Origin: Macrostomum hystrix
Lineage: Eukaryota; Animalia; Platyhelminthes
NCBI GenBank assembly: GCA_950097015.1
Contig: CATNEN010000039.1
Location: 6,634,001 to 6,698,000, forward strand
Length of the DNA stretch: 64,000 bases
Direction of reading: 5' to 3'
Of this stretch, positions 62,216-64,000 are shown piece after piece (the stretch's first letter is position 1; every line of letters begins with the position of its first letter). Both the position numbers and the translations under genes were made by a program. Under the pieces are notes generated by a model. That model worked only from the letters and a program-made list of their open reading frames with translations. It made no database searches and had not been told where the DNA came from.

Positions 62216-63802
62216 ACAGCGAGTTGTTAAACATTTTAACATGTGATATGTAAATAACTCTTGTCCATCAGATGCTTGTGTCCAGCTAGCCAACTGCATA
62301 CTATTTTGTTTGTTTTGCTTAAATAAAATTATATATTATTATTAGCTAATTACTTACTGCCTTTCCCTGACATGAAAGCTGAAATTCAACCAAATTTGAT
62401 TATTTCAATACTTCTTCAATGCAAAGATAGTGCAATAGCAAGCTCAACTTCTATGACATTGCCATATTAACTAGCGAACAGCGCTATTACAGGACTCTGC
62501 CATAGACAGGAGAATTATTGCACTATCGACAAGCACTATTGCACTCCGACCGTTAATTGTCTATGGTAAAATCTCCATTTTAACTCACTTATCGGTTAGA
62601 CTATATGACAATGGTTTTTGCCAAGGACGGCTTGATAACTCAGGACGGGAAACGAGCCAATTCATGGCGAAAAAAAGTATAAGGCTCGTTTAAAAGCATT
62701 GTTCTATGGCCCATCCAAAGCTACGAAAGCAAAGCAAATGATTGTCTCAAGAGTTCACCTTTCATACGAAAAGTGAGCGGTTGCTCAAACTCAGAGTAGG
62801 AGCATTTACTCGTGAAAAATTGCTCAATTTATTTATACGGCCTATTGTGATGGAGTGCTGTGAGACTGGTACCAATTATATCCCAATTGCGGACTCGGGC
62901 AAAACCAACGGCGATGCGGCGACGCCCTGATTAACGGCGACGCGGCCAGTTGTACCTTGTTTCCTTGTTCTTGTAAAGTACTTGTGTTGTGTTGAGCCTA
63001 ACAATCTAGACAGTGCTGAAGAGATCGCTCACATTACTTAGCTAATTGTTTTTGAACTGCTCCAATATTTCACCTGTCTTTCATTTCGAGAAATAGTACA
63101 GTATATTTTGTCGATGTACCCCTGCATAACTTATAGAATGTGCTCTTGAATCAAGAGCTTGTGCAAAATTTGTGAATAAATTGAGCGGCACCGCATAGTG
63201 TGCTTGATACTCGTATTTGACAGAAGGCTAAAAAACATTTTCGCTGTTATCTTATGGGCGTGAGTGACAGGGAATGGTGGGAGACAGAAAAGGGGTATGA
63301 GAGACTGAGAAAGGTGAGAGATAGAGAAAGGTCCTGATAAACGCCCTGATTAACGGCGATGCTGCTTGTTGGCATTATTTTCTGATGAGACAGGTGTTTA
63401 GCATTTACCATGCATTCCGAATCATTTTTGCCAACACCGGAAAGTTTGTATTTTATGTCTATGTACAGTTAGTGTCCTTATTTGTACAGCTGATTAGAAT
63501 TACAGTAAGTTTAGTAATGTAATAGTGTATTCATTATATTACGAGTATTATTGTTGCATTTTAGCGAATACGTTTCTTGCAATCGTTTTAAAATTAACTT
63601 TTTAAAAATAAAACTCAAGCCACTCTACTTGCTTTGGTTCAGTAAGTAGTCTGAGAAGACGAAAAAAGTTTAAACCACAACATTAATGCTTTAGTGTAAA
63701 AACACCGGCCTATTGATTTACGAGTGATATGTAGTAGATGTACTTTCTCTAAGAAGGGATTTTTTTTCAATTTTTCTGTCCACACCTAGATTTAGAAATA
63801 GT

Positions 63803-63873
63803 GAGACAGACAGACAGAACAGACAGACAGACAGACAGACACACAGACAGACAGCCAGGTAGACAGGCAGACA
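63803..63873. repeat. (GACA)n microsatellite, degenerate
   Basis: gacagacagacag.. run. Confidence 0.85.
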
Positions 63874-64000
63874 AATTTGTAACATGCGACTATTTTAACT
63901 GTGACAAAAGCATCTCGTAATTGGCCATCGTAAGCGGCAATCATGCGTGTTCGCAAACAGTATCTCACAGTAAATTATAACCCAGTAGAGCTCGTAGAGA

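Overview
Eukaryotic (animal) genomic DNA with GT-AG introns, tRNA-derived SINEs and an extreme density of minisatellites. That repeat landscape suggests the flatworm Macrostomum, which is an inference only. Most long ORFs in the supplied track are read-throughs of minisatellites. Splicing by hand gives: (1) a 5-exon, ~1065-aa gene fusing two C2H2 fingers, a tyrosine-recombinase domain and a C-terminal PWWP chromatin-reader domain (924-5950), the most unusual item; (2) head-to-tail non-autonomous Helitron-like elements filled with minisatellites (6548-14204); (3) two secreted PAN/apple + fibrinogen-domain genes plus paralogue debris; (4) an allatostatin-C/somatostatin-like neuropeptide precursor and a truncated duplicate of its promoter; (5) a WSC-domain gene disrupted by an exon-born 45-bp array; (6) a 15-exon CARMIL (LRRC16) gene; (7) an uncharacterised multipass membrane protein; (8) an intronless DUF3504/Crypton-type tyrosine recombinase with nested inverted and direct repeats at both ends; (9) four paralogous ~77-aa microprotein genes, three with MEF2-consensus sites upstream. 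All exon structures were derived by eye and need RNA-seq confirmation.
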